A program made the position numbers and the translations under genes. A stretch of DNA of 64,000 bases from an uncultured delta proteobacterium (lineage in GTDB: Bacteria; Desulfobacterota; Syntrophia; Syntrophales; UBA2185): positions 32,001 to 96,000 of the forward strand of contig CAVOID010000014.1 in the NCBI GenBank assembly GCA_963695875.1, written 5' to 3'. Positions 1 to 9,413 of this stretch are shown one piece after another; the stretch's first letter is position 1, and each line of letters begins with the position of its first letter. The notes under the pieces were generated by a model, which was not told where the DNA came from, did no database searches, and worked only from the letters and a program-made list of their open reading frames with translations.

Positions 1-311
1 GAATTATATCTGTCTAAAGCTTCGTTCGCACGAACAATATCCTCATGCCCGCGGGAACTCAGCACTGCATTGATCTGGGAGGAACCTGCCAGGGCTTTAA
101 CTGCCCCTTCAATCTTTCTGAGTTCTCCGGTCAGATGGGTTGTCAGGAGTAATGATGTCGCTTGATTATCTTCAACTATCTCATGTCTGGCCCTGGCACC
201 CAAATAATCGGTTACAAACCATCCGGCGCCAACAACAAGAGTCAGGAGGATCAGGTGGACTATCATCCACTGATAACGCGAAAACTCTATTTTATTAGAC
301 ATAAAACGCAT
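1..311 (-). CDS. N-terminal part of a membrane sensor protein (TM helix + periplasmic Cache-like region), cut by the window edge
   Basis: Manual translation MRFMSNKIEFSRYQWMIVHLILLTLVVGAGWFVTDYLG...KALAGSSQINAVL...ANEALDRYN; resembles DctB-type sensor N-termini. Confidence 0.55.
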   Translation of the reverse strand, partial: MRFMSNKIEFSRYQWMIVHLILLTLVVGAGWFVTDYLGARARHEIVEDNQATSLLLTTHLTGELRKIEGAVKALAGSSQINAVLSSRGHEDIVRANEALDRYN

Positions 312-453
312 TATTTTTTTAACTATTACTGCGACTTATAATCCGCATGATTACACACTGACATTAACATTTAAGATTCCCAAGTCTTGAGTTTCGATAA
401 ATATTATTTCGCACGATTTTTTGCTTTTTGTGGAGATATAAAAACTGAGGATT

Positions 454-1170
454 TTATTTTGCAGCTTTTGATTTTGTTTTTGCTTCCTCCCCGGCAAGTC
501 GTCTCCTGGTCTCATCTATGAAGTAATTCGCCTTGTAATCCAGCCCGAGGTTTGCATAATCCCGCGTGATTGTTTCAAATCTCTTCAGAGCAGCCTTATA
601 CTGCCCTTTTTTGAAATAAAAATTCCCAACGTAGAACTCATGTTCCCCAAGATTTTTTTTACATTCCCTTAGCATCTTCTCCGCCATGAAGGAAAACTTA
701 CTGTTTGGAAAACGGGCCATAAGTTTTTCAAATTCTTTTCTGGCTCTAATTGTCTCGGTCTGGTCCCTGTCTATGCTATACATCTGATTATAATGACACA
801 TACCAAGCTGATACATGGCATAAGGAATATTCTCATTCGTTGGATGAAGGCTTATAAAGTCATTATAGGCCATCTCGGCTTCACCATAATTTTCATCGCT
901 GAAATTGGAATCGGCAATCCCCAGTTCAGCAAGAAGCGCAAGTTTGCTCAGAGGGTACTCATCCCTCAGCCTTTGAAAATGCTCGATTGCCTTTTTGTAA
1001 AAGCCGTACTGGTATGCCTCATATCCTCTTTGATAAAGTGCCTCCGGAGTGCCTTTCACCCTGTCGCTGCGTTCCCACATGTGTTTCCACCAGCCACATC
1101 CGGACAGGGAAAAAATGGCAATCAGGATAAAAATTAAAACCTTTCTGTTTCCACACATTCTATCAGTCAT
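454..1170 (-). CDS. bamD: Outer membrane protein assembly factor BamD
   Basis: Lipobox LSGC, TPR repeats, FISLHPT, DRDQT and HEFYVGNFY motifs. Confidence 0.92.
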   Translation of the reverse strand: MTDRMCGNRKVLIFILIAIFSLSGCGWWKHMWERSDRVKGTPEALYQRGYEAYQYGFYKKAIEHFQRLRDEYPLSKLALLAELGIADSNFSDENYGEAEMAYNDFISLHPTNENIPYAMYQLGMCHYNQMYSIDRDQTETIRARKEFEKLMARFPNSKFSFMAEKMLRECKKNLGEHEFYVGNFYFKKGQYKAALKRFETITRDYANLGLDYKANYFIDETRRRLAGEEAKTKSKAAK

Positions 1171-1173
1171 TTA

Positions 1174-1506
1174 CTACAAACCCTTTTTCATCAGTTCTTC
1201 AAGACGATTTTTGGGCGCAAGGCCCAGGATCTTATCCATAGCATTACCATTCTTGAACAGGATGAGGGTTGGTATGCTCATCACACCATAGGTCGCCGCG
1301 GTTTTGGGATTATCATCAATATTTAGTTTTGCGACCTTTACACGGTCTTTGTATGTTCCTGCCAAGTCTTCCACAATCGGCCCGATCGCCCTGCACGGAC
1401 CACACCACGGCGCCCAAAAATCGACGAGAACAGGTTTCTCCGATTTGATAACCTCCTGCTCAAAATTGCTGTCAGTCAAGTTAACCAAGGATTCCTCTTT
1501 AGTCAT
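1174..1506 (-). CDS. trxA: Thioredoxin
   Basis: VDFWAPWCGPC active site; GGGAGG RBS before the MTKEES start. Confidence 0.95.
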   Translation of the reverse strand: MTKEESLVNLTDSNFEQEVIKSEKPVLVDFWAPWCGPCRAIGPIVEDLAGTYKDRVKVAKLNIDDNPKTAATYGVMSIPTLILFKNGNAMDKILGLAPKNRLEELMKKGL

Positions 1507-1587
1507 GTCATATTCCTCCCTACTAACATTTCTTGTACTATTGCATACTGCAACAAATGATGTCAAAGTAATTTATTATCCTGTATT

Positions 1588-1616
1588 TTGACAGACACAT
1601 ACAAATCTGGTATAAG
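1588..1616 (+). promoter_or_regulatory. Putative sigma70 promoter for the MTAP-PduO operon
   Basis: TTGACA-N17-TATAAG. Confidence 0.55.
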
Positions 1617-1631
1617 GAGATTTATTGATAA

Positions 1632-1760
1632 CACTCATGCAAAAAATTTCAAAACCGCAGATTAGCAAGCGGCGAAGTAAAATGTCCCTGAGGCAAGGCG
1701 CTCGGAACAGGCTCCGGATGAAGCATAACGCAGCATATGGGCTTTTGATGATGCCGTCAG
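1632..1760. repeat. Degenerate MITE-like intergenic element
   Basis: Non-coding; GCAAGGCGC...AACGCAGCATATGGGCTTTTGATGATGCCGTC resembles the degenerate elements at 4860, 56935 and 63501. Confidence 0.35.
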
Positions 1761-1790
1761 CAAATTACAGGAGTCTCGCAGGATAATTAA

Positions 1791-2504
1791 ATGGAACCTC
1801 TGGGCATCATATCCGGTATCATTCTGCTCCAGGGAAAAGGGATTTTCCAAAATCTGGAAGAGAAGGAAATTGCAACAGACTTTGGTAAGGTTCTTGTTTT
1901 CCATTCAGACACAATTGCATTCATACCAAGGCATGGCAAAAACCCCAAGTATCACATTCTTCCTCACCTGATTAATCATCAGGCCAATATGAAGGCATTG
2001 AAGGATATCGGCGTCAAAGAGGTAATCAGCGTCAATTCCACAGGCTCTCTTAAGAAGAAATTAAAACCGGGAATGATTGTTGTCCCGGATGACTTCATCA
2101 TGTTTCCCGGAACGCCAACCACACTCCATGGAAAAGCCATTCACTTCACACCAAAACTAAGTTTTGAAGTACGGCAGAAATGGATCGAGGCGGCACATGA
2201 CTGTGCAATAAAGGTTGTAGATGGCGGGGTGTACTGGCAAACTATCGGCCCCCGGCTTGAAACTAAGTCTGAAATCAAGATGATGTCCCGGTTTGCCGAT
2301 CTCGTCGGGATGACGATGGCAAGTGAGGCGATTATTGCTCAGGAATTGGGTCTGTCATATGCCACACTATGTTCTGTGGATAACTACGGGCACGGTCTCG
2401 GAGAAAAGGAATTGACCATAGATGAAATACTGCAGCATGCCCGCAGAAATACTGACGTCATATTAAAAATTGTTGCGAGGTACATCGAAAGGAGAAGAGG
2501 ATGA
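1791..2504 (+). CDS. MTAP-family purine nucleoside (methylthioadenosine/methylthioinosine) phosphorylase
   Basis: FIPRHG, GPRLETKSE and DLVGMTMASEA motifs. Confidence 0.88.
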   Translation: MEPLGIISGIILLQGKGIFQNLEEKEIATDFGKVLVFHSDTIAFIPRHGKNPKYHILPHLINHQANMKALKDIGVKEVISVNSTGSLKKKLKPGMIVVPDDFIMFPGTPTTLHGKAIHFTPKLSFEVRQKWIEAAHDCAIKVVDGGVYWQTIGPRLETKSEIKMMSRFADLVGMTMASEAIIAQELGLSYATLCSVDNYGHGLGEKELTIDEILQHARRNTDVILKIVARYIERRRG

Positions 2505-3016
2505 AATTTTCTAGGAAAGGCGATGGCGGGGAAACAAGCTTATTAGGCGGGCAGAGAGTCCCTAAATACGATGCGAGGCCCGAAACCTACGGAACATTAG
2601 ATGAAGCAAGCTCCGCACTCGGGGTGGCCAGGGCTGCGACAAAGAACCCAAACATTAAAGAAATTATACTCAGTGTGCAAAAAGACCTGCTCACCATGGG
2701 AGCGGAGCTTTCCAGCCAGCCCGAAGACATTCAAAAGCTTGGTCGCAGGATCGGGGCAGGAGATGTTCAGCGCCTGGAAAAGATCATTGATGAGCTTCAG
2801 GAAAACATCACATTGAAGAACGAGTTTATCTACCCGGGAGAAACTATCATTTCAGCACAAATAGATGTGGCTAGAACAATAATAAGAAGGGCGGAAAGAA
2901 AAGCCGCCCGGCTTAAGGCTGACGGACTAGTCAATAATGATGAGATCCACAAATATCTGAACAGATTGGCAGATATGCTCTTTGTGCTTGCCCGGTACGA
3001 AGAACAGAAGGGGTGA
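2501..3016 (+). CDS. PduO-type ATP:cob(I)alamin adenosyltransferase
   Basis: GDGGETSL, YGTLDE, ARTIIRRAER and YLNRLADMLFVLAR motifs. Confidence 0.92.
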   Translation: MKFSRKGDGGETSLLGGQRVPKYDARPETYGTLDEASSALGVARAATKNPNIKEIILSVQKDLLTMGAELSSQPEDIQKLGRRIGAGDVQRLEKIIDELQENITLKNEFIYPGETIISAQIDVARTIIRRAERKAARLKADGLVNNDEIHKYLNRLADMLFVLARYEEQKG

Positions 3017-3019
3017 TCT

Positions 3020-3454
3020 TCAAAAAGCCCCCAGTTGACATGGCTTGACCTTGATCTTCAGGGCCTCACAGGCCGATGAAACCTCCATTCTCGAAATGCC
3101 GAATCTTTCAGCGAGATTCCATGCGGCCGCACAGGGCAGACGGTTATTAATCAAGGCACTCTTTATGGCACTTTCCAGGTCACCAGGTACGGTCTTGGCA
3201 GGTTTGACAATCATCTTTTCAGGGCTGTAACCGAAAAGACCCAACTGACATTTGCTGATCTGAATGCCCATCAAATCAAGAGTAACACCTACTTCCCTTA
3301 TTGTGCCCTGTTCTTTGTCGGCAATTTTCTCGGCATCGGCACACGAGATCTTCCCATCGATGACCTTTTTCTCTACCGCCCGGGCAATTTTTTCATTGAC
3401 CTTAACATCAGAAGAATGTTTGGCCTTATAGTTTCCGGCATCTTTGTGAGTCAT
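3020..3454 (-). CDS. Conserved hypothetical protein made of two tandem CxxA...CQLGxF domains
   Basis: Internal duplication KISCADAE...KCQLGLFG / RLPCAAAW...PCQLGAF. Confidence 0.75.
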   Translation of the reverse strand: MTHKDAGNYKAKHSSDVKVNEKIARAVEKKVIDGKISCADAEKIADKEQGTIREVGVTLDLMGIQISKCQLGLFGYSPEKMIVKPAKTVPGDLESAIKSALINNRLPCAAAWNLAERFGISRMEVSSACEALKIKVKPCQLGAF

Positions 3455-3482
3455 TTTTATATTTATACCCTCCTATCTTCAT

Positions 3483-4781
3483 TTACTCTTTTCTGTTATC
3501 GATAACCCGTACAGCTTTTCCTTCACTGCTGGGAAGGCTGCCCGGTTCAACCAGGTTGACTCTTGGAGTGATCAGGATGTCAGCCTTCAATTCATCAATA
3601 ATCCTTTTTCTCAGATTTTCAAGCGGTCTTAAATCACCCGTGAAGACTTCATTCTGCACTTCAACTTTAACGGTCAAATAATCATCGTAACCTTCCCTTT
3701 CCAGGATAATAACAAAGTTATTGCCGACACCGGGTATCTCCATCAGTTTCTTCTCAATCTGGATGGGAAATATATTTACACCTTTGATGATCATCATGTC
3801 ATCCGTCCTGCCCTTGATCCGATCGATTCTCCGGTGAGTCCTCCCGCATGCACATGGTCCGGGGATAATACACGTTAAATCCTTTGTTCTATATCTGATG
3901 ATGGGCATACCTTCCCTCATGAGGCTGGTTAACACAAGCTCTCCAACTTCACCATCGGATACAGGCTCAAGCGTTTTTGGGTCTATTATTTCCACATAAT
4001 AATGATCCTCCCAGATATGCATCCCGTTCTGATAGGGACATTCAAAGGATACTCCCGGCCCGTTCATTTCTGAAAGGCCGTAAGAATTGTAGGCCTTGAA
4101 ACCAAAAATCTCCTCGATTTTTCTTCTCATCTTCTCAGAATGGGGTTCGGCTCCAATGAAGGCCATTCTCAGGTTTGTATCTCTTCTCGGGCAAAGCTTC
4201 AATTCCTCAAAAACCTTTGAGAGATGAAGGGCATAACTGGGAATTATATGTATAACCGTCGTGTCAAAATCGCGCATCAGTTGTATCTGACGTTTGCTGT
4301 TGCCTGCCCCTGCCGGTATTACGAGAGCACCCACTTTCTCCGCAGCATAGTGAAAACCGAGACCCCCGGTAAAAAGGCCATACGTCATCATGTTCTGGAA
4401 AACATCTGTCTTTCTCATGCCCGCCATATATATACAGCGTGCCAGGACATCCGTCCATGCCTTGATATCATTGGCCGTATGAAATACTACAGTAGCCCGG
4501 CCGGTCGTACCTGAGGATGCATGCATGCGAATCAAACTGTCCTTCGGAACGGCAAGAAGGCCATACGGCCAATGCTCTCTCAAGTCGTCCTTTGTGGTAA
4601 AGGGAATGCCTTTGATTACATCGAGAGAGGCTATCTGTCCTGCCTTCAGTCCAATATCCCGGAACATTTTGTTATAATAGATGGATTTCTTCGCCTTCTT
4701 GAATGTCCGCTTAAATCTTACAAGCTGGAAGGCCTCCAGCCTTTCATGATCCATAGTTTCAATATCCTTATCCCAGAACAT
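3483..4781 (-). CDS. paaK: Phenylacetate--CoA ligase family protein
   Basis: ASSGTTG, YGLSEMNGPG and GRTDDMMIIKGVNIFP motifs. Confidence 0.9.
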   Translation of the reverse strand: MFWDKDIETMDHERLEAFQLVRFKRTFKKAKKSIYYNKMFRDIGLKAGQIASLDVIKGIPFTTKDDLREHWPYGLLAVPKDSLIRMHASSGTTGRATVVFHTANDIKAWTDVLARCIYMAGMRKTDVFQNMMTYGLFTGGLGFHYAAEKVGALVIPAGAGNSKRQIQLMRDFDTTVIHIIPSYALHLSKVFEELKLCPRRDTNLRMAFIGAEPHSEKMRRKIEEIFGFKAYNSYGLSEMNGPGVSFECPYQNGMHIWEDHYYVEIIDPKTLEPVSDGEVGELVLTSLMREGMPIIRYRTKDLTCIIPGPCACGRTHRRIDRIKGRTDDMMIIKGVNIFPIQIEKKLMEIPGVGNNFVIILEREGYDDYLTVKVEVQNEVFTGDLRPLENLRKRIIDELKADILITPRVNLVEPGSLPSSEGKAVRVIDNRKE

Positions 4782-4859
4782 TCGCTGACCCCTACGTTCG
4801 ATGTATCGCCACTCTTACAACCCGTGTAAAATTTTATCAAGGCAAATTTGACATGATAG

Positions 4860-4970
4860 TGTTAAGTTTTGGCAACAGGCCTACCCCGGACTCGATCCGG
4901 GGTAGGACGTAGCGCAACGCCGCAAAGCTTGTCCCCGCGAAAGCGGGGAGGCGTTCTTTAACAGTCGAGC
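4860..4970. repeat. Composite MITE/REP remnant
   Basis: Palindromes CCTACCCCGGACTCGATCCGGGGTAGG and CCCCGCGAAAGCGGGG; segment CGTAGCGCAACGC...GGGGAGGCGTT matches the reverse complement of part of the 63501 element. Confidence 0.55.
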
Positions 4971-5068
4971 CGACAAAAAAATCTTGATTTATAGAGTGCA
5001 GTCAAGTAGAAAATTTACATGATTCTAATGAATATTGTAAAAAACCATAGAGGAGGAAATTGAGGAAT

Positions 5069-5647
5069 ATGGGGAAGTCAATCAAAGGATCGCGGACAGA
5101 AAAAAATCTATTGGCAGCGTTCGCCGGTGAGTCGCAAGCAAGAAACAGATATACTTATTTCGCAAGTGCCGCCAGAAAAGAAGGTTTTGAACAAATTGCA
5201 AATATATTTTTAGAAACAGCGGAAAACGAGAAGGAACATGCCAAGGTATTTTATAAACACCTGGAGGGAGGCGATGTAGAAATTACGGCCACCTACCCTG
5301 CTGGTGTTATAGCGGACGCTAAAAGCAATCTGGAGGCGGCAGCCGCCGGAGAGAACCTGGAATGGACCACTATTTACTCAGACTTTGCCAAGATTGCCGG
5401 AGATGAGGGTTTCCCGGAAGTTGCACGTTCTTTTGAGCAAATTTCGAAGGTGGAAAAATTCCATGAAAGCAGGTACAGGAAACTCATAAAGAACATTGAG
5501 AACAAAGAAGTATTTAAAAAGAAGGCATCGATAAAGTGGCACTGCATGAACTGTGGTTACATTTATGAGGGAACTGAAGCACCGAAAGAATGCCCCGCAT
5601 GTAAACATCCCCGGTCATACTACGAAGTATTGGCGGAAAATTATTAA
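5069..5647 (+). CDS. rbr: Rubrerythrin
   Basis: [16 protein letters not shown] and EKFH diiron motifs; C-terminal CxxC...CxxC rubredoxin domain. Confidence 0.95.
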   Translation: MGKSIKGSRTEKNLLAAFAGESQARNRYTYFASAARKEGFEQIANIFLETAENEKEHAKVFYKHLEGGDVEITATYPAGVIADAKSNLEAAAAGENLEWTTIYSDFAKIAGDEGFPEVARSFEQISKVEKFHESRYRKLIKNIENKEVFKKKASIKWHCMNCGYIYEGTEAPKECPACKHPRSYYEVLAENY

Positions 5648-5714
5648 ATCGAATTTAGAAAATCGCGATGACAAGTGACTAATTTTCAAAGCTCTCGCAA
5701 GATGTGTAAAGGTC

Positions 5715-6287
5715 ATGACAGGCATTATATTAACAGGCGGGAAAAATACGAGGATGGGAACGAACAAGGCTTTCCTCGATATCAACGGAGAGCGGCTGAT
5801 CGACAGAACCGTCAGGATTTTCAAAGATCTCTTTGGGGAAATTATCCTATCCACTAACTCTCCCTTGGATTATCTTGATCATGATGCCGTAATCGTTACC
5901 GACATCATTAAAGATAAGGGCGCGCTGGGAGGAATATACACGGGTCTTTTCTTTGCCTCCCATGAGCATGCCTTTGTATCAGCCTGCGACATGCCTTTCC
6001 TGAATAAGTCATTCATCGAATACATGATCGAACATCGCGGCGATAATGATATTGTTGTGCCGAGATCCTCCGACGGTCTGCAGCCCCTCCATGCCATTTA
6101 CTCAAGACGTTGCCTTCCTGCCATTAAGAGAATCATCGACCGGGGTGAACTTAAGATCACCGGTTTTTACAAGGGATTAAAGACTCTGGAGATCCCGGAG
6201 GATGTTATTAAATCATATGATCCGGAAGAAAAGATGTTTTTTAATGTCAACACACAAAAAGATCTCGAACAGATTTCGTCACTCTGA
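5715..6287 (+). CDS. mobA: Molybdenum cofactor guanylyltransferase
   Basis: ILTGGKNTRMG, ACDMPF, QPLHAIY and FFNVNT motifs. Confidence 0.92.
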   Translation: MTGIILTGGKNTRMGTNKAFLDINGERLIDRTVRIFKDLFGEIILSTNSPLDYLDHDAVIVTDIIKDKGALGGIYTGLFFASHEHAFVSACDMPFLNKSFIEYMIEHRGDNDIVVPRSSDGLQPLHAIYSRRCLPAIKRIIDRGELKITGFYKGLKTLEIPEDVIKSYDPEEKMFFNVNTQKDLEQISSL

Positions 6288-6312
6288 GAATGCAGCAAAA
6301 TCATCAATATAT

Positions 6313-6471
6313 AAACCTTTGCACAATGTGCTCTCTGTCATTGCGGTGAACTGAAACCCTGAGCGCAGCGTGAGGGGAAGTGAAGCAATCTCACAGCATA
6401 TTGATAATACAGCAGATTGCCACGTCGCTGGCGCTCCTCGCAATGACATAATAATAGTTGTGCAAACGTTT
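6313..6471. mobile_element. MITE with 14-bp terminal inverted repeats enclosing a GTCATTGCG...CGCAATGAC REP pair
   Basis: AAACCTTTGCACAA (6313-6326) vs TTGTGCAAACGTTT (6458-6471), 13/14 inverted match. Confidence 0.65.
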
Positions 6472-6489
6472 CAAAATATAATATTTCAA

Positions 6490-6607
6490 TTGAAGCTCTC
6501 CGCAGCAAACTGCGGAGAATCTTCGATCCACAAGGAATAATAATGTTCCCCATTCGCTCGCTTACCCCGCAGCAAGCGAAGGTGTTTGCGCTCGCTGCCG
6601 GATTCAA
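6490..6607. mobile_element. ~118-bp non-autonomous hairpin element, copy 1 (IS200/IS605-end-like)
   Basis: Close copy at 55638-55754; TTGAA...TTCAA ends; CCGCAG-CAAA-CTGCGG hairpin. Confidence 0.7.
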
Positions 6608-6705
6608 CAATCTCGAGCAGGCAATTACATTTCGACCGTTCATCAATCTTTTTAGGAAATAAATGTCTTGACGTCACCAAGTGGGTTTGTTATCAATAGC
6701 GTGAG

Positions 6706-6719
6706 AGACCGACCGGTCT
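6706..6719. promoter_or_regulatory. Putative TetR operator downstream of a TTGACG-N17-TATCAA promoter
   Basis: Palindrome AGACC-GACC-GGTCT upstream of tetR; similar site at 7357-7374. Confidence 0.55.
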
Positions 6720-6750
6720 GTCTGGTTATTTTAAAGGAACTTTTTCGAGG

Positions 6751-7326
6751 ATGTCAATTAAAGAGAGTATAATTCACGAGGCTTTGAAGCTCTTTTCGCT
6801 CAAGGGATTTTCCAGCACCTCCATTACCGACATTTTAGAGGCTACCGGAACGTCCAAAGGCGGCTTTTACAATCATTTCAAAAGCAAGGAAGATTTGTTT
6901 TTCGCCGTGCTTGAGCGTGCGCGGCAGATCTGGCGCGAGAAGGTACTAACTGATCTGGACAAGGTGGAGCCGCCGCTTGATAAAATCTGCAAGCTATTGG
7001 AAAACTATCGCGACCTGTATCTCATCGATTCGGAGAACATCCCCGGAGGATGCATCTTTATTAACCTTGCCGTGGAGCTTGCCGACAAGTATCCCCACTT
7101 GGCCGACGGGGTGAATCAAGGCTTTTCGGGATTCAAAACGATGGTAAACAATTTTTTGAATGACGCAAAGAAACAAGGTGTCTTAAAGGGAGATACGTCG
7201 ACCGAGGCTATGACCGAGATGGTGTTTGCCAGCATGCTGGGGGCTTCCGTGATGTACAGCGTGGATAAATCTACCGAAAATTTACAGCGTACCATCGGCG
7301 CCATCATTCAGTATCTGCACACCTAA
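6751..7326 (+). CDS. TetR/AcrR family transcriptional regulator
   Basis: N-terminal HTH GFSSTSITDILEATGTSKGGFYNHFKSKEDL. Confidence 0.95.
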   Translation: MSIKESIIHEALKLFSLKGFSSTSITDILEATGTSKGGFYNHFKSKEDLFFAVLERARQIWREKVLTDLDKVEPPLDKICKLLENYRDLYLIDSENIPGGCIFINLAVELADKYPHLADGVNQGFSGFKTMVNNFLNDAKKQGVLKGDTSTEAMTEMVFASMLGASVMYSVDKSTENLQRTIGAIIQYLHT

Positions 7327-7394
7327 ATTTTTTGAACTGTTTTTTTGGGAAACCAATAAGACTGACCTATCTTAATCTAAAAAGGAGGTTTACG

Positions 7395-8528
7395 ATGGAT
7401 TTTACATTTACCGAAGAACAGGAAATGTTCAGAAAGGCGGCCAGAGAATTTGCCGAAGTGAAACTAACCCCCTGGGTGGCTGAGATGGAAGCCACCGGCA
7501 AAGTTTGTGACGCGGTTGTGAAGGCCCTGGCAGAAGCCGAGATGATGGCATTAACCGTACCGGAGGAATATGGCGGCCTGGGGCTGGGCTATACGGCGCG
7601 CATGATAGCCCTGGAGGAAATCAGCCGCATTTCCGTAGCCACGGCCATGATGCTGCAGGTATTTGCCCTGGGAATTGAACCGATCTTAAAATTTGGAAAC
7701 GAAGAGCAGAAACGCAAATATCTTCCCGGTATGGCCGCCGGGAAACGCCTGTCTACCACGGCCGTTACGGAGCCCACTGGAGGGTCCGATCCCACCGGAG
7801 CCCGGACAACCTACCGCAAAGATGGAGACCATTACATCATCAATGGTCGTAAATGTTTTATCACCAACGCTCATATCGCCGATACCCTCACGATCCTGGC
7901 CAAGGATAATGCTGATCCCAAAGCGTTTTCCACCTTTATCATCGAAAAAGACATGCAGGGCTTTAAAGCGACCCATGAAGAGAACAAGATCGGCATGCGT
8001 GGATGCAACACCGGCGAGCTTTCTTTTGAGGATCTGCGGGTCTCCAAAGAGCAGCTATTAGGGGCTGAAGGCAAGGGGCTGCGGGTGGCCATGGCGGCCA
8101 TCGGCGATGTCGGCCGGGGCGGCATGGTGGGCTGCGCCATAGGATTGCAGGCCGCCTGTCTCGAGGCTTCGGTGAAATTTGCGAACGGACGCATCTTGTA
8201 CGGAAAGCCGATCAGCCAGTTGCAGACCATTCAAAATAAGCTGGCCGAGATGAAAATTGATCTTGACGCCGGACGTCTTCTGGCTTATCGGGCGGCAGCT
8301 ATTCAGGATAAAGGGCAAAATGCGAGCAACGAGTTCGCCGTGGCCAAATATTTTACCACGGAAGCCGCGCAAAGAGCGGCCAAGATGGCTGTGGATATCC
8401 ACGGCGGATACGGGTGCATGGTGGAATATGCGGTAACCCGGTACTTGAGAGATGCTTTTGTACTGGGGCCATCGGCCGGAACATCGGACATCATGAAGGT
8501 TATCATCGCCCGATGGGTGCTATCGTAA
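7395..8528 (+). CDS. Acyl-CoA dehydrogenase 1
   Basis: TEPTGGSD, NGRKCFITN and IHGGYG motifs; AGGAGG RBS. Confidence 0.95.
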   Translation: MDFTFTEEQEMFRKAAREFAEVKLTPWVAEMEATGKVCDAVVKALAEAEMMALTVPEEYGGLGLGYTARMIALEEISRISVATAMMLQVFALGIEPILKFGNEEQKRKYLPGMAAGKRLSTTAVTEPTGGSDPTGARTTYRKDGDHYIINGRKCFITNAHIADTLTILAKDNADPKAFSTFIIEKDMQGFKATHEENKIGMRGCNTGELSFEDLRVSKEQLLGAEGKGLRVAMAAIGDVGRGGMVGCAIGLQAACLEASVKFANGRILYGKPISQLQTIQNKLAEMKIDLDAGRLLAYRAAAIQDKGQNASNEFAVAKYFTTEAAQRAAKMAVDIHGGYGCMVEYAVTRYLRDAFVLGPSAGTSDIMKVIIARWVLS

Positions 8529-9328
8529 TGTATCGACATCGTATCGTATGCATTAAAGCCGTACCGGATCCCAAGCAGGCCTGTCAGATCCGGATTGATC
8601 CGGTTTCAAAAACCCTGAATCGCTGCGATGTGCCCCTGGTATTAAATCCTTTGGATAAATATGCCATGGAAGCGGCACTTCAGATCAAGGAAACATCGGG
8701 GGCTTTTTTGACCGTGATCAGTATGGGGCCTCCGGAGGCAGGTAATATCGTCAAGGAATGCCTCTCACTTGGCGCGGATCAGGGCATTTTGCTTTCAGAT
8801 AGAGCTTTTGCCGGTGCGGACACTTATGCCACGGCGCTTACCCTGGCCAAGGGCATTGAAAAGATCGGCCGGTATGATCTGATCTTTTGCGGGATGGCCA
8901 GCAGTGATGGCGGAACGGAATGGGTAGGCCCACAGATTGCCGCCTTCCTCGGGATACCGGTGGTGACCATGGTCGAAGAACTCACCGAAACAGACCAAGA
9001 CACCTGGAAGGTCAAAGCTTGCATCGAAAACGGATACCGTCTGATGCAGGTGAAGCTTCCGGCCATTTTCACGGTGACCCGCAAGCTCAATTCTCCCCGG
9101 GTTCTTTCATTTTCGGGCATCATCAAGGCCAGGAAAAAACAGATTCTGTGCTGGTCCGCAAGAGATCTGGGTGTCGCGGAAAATACGGTGGGACTTTCAG
9201 GTTCTCCCACAATGGTCTCGGCCATGACAACCCGATCCAGTCAGCGACAAGTCGAAATCATCAACGGCACACGTGAGGAAAAAGCTGAAATACTGGTGCA
9301 GAAGTTGGCAGACGCCGGCCTGATCTGA
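8528..9328 (+). CDS. etfB: Electron transfer flavoprotein beta subunit 1
   Basis: CIKAVPD, NPLDKYAME, FAGADT and SSDGGTEWVGP motifs; ATG overlaps the upstream stop. Confidence 0.92.
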   Translation: MYRHRIVCIKAVPDPKQACQIRIDPVSKTLNRCDVPLVLNPLDKYAMEAALQIKETSGAFLTVISMGPPEAGNIVKECLSLGADQGILLSDRAFAGADTYATALTLAKGIEKIGRYDLIFCGMASSDGGTEWVGPQIAAFLGIPVVTMVEELTETDQDTWKVKACIENGYRLMQVKLPAIFTVTRKLNSPRVLSFSGIIKARKKQILCWSARDLGVAENTVGLSGSPTMVSAMTTRSSQRQVEIINGTREEKAEILVQKLADAGLI

Positions 9329-9413
9329 CGGGTTCCAGGATAGAACGCGGAAAACCCAGGGTCCGGTGCATTTTACCCGGCGGCAGGTGCGTCGCAAAAT
9401 AAAAGGTCTAAGA

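Noticed and set aside
6338..6680. Short ORFs over repeat elements (also 1662-1904, 26324-26539, 38013-38267, 63419-63796)
   Set aside because: They overlap REP/MITE sequences and show no protein motifs.
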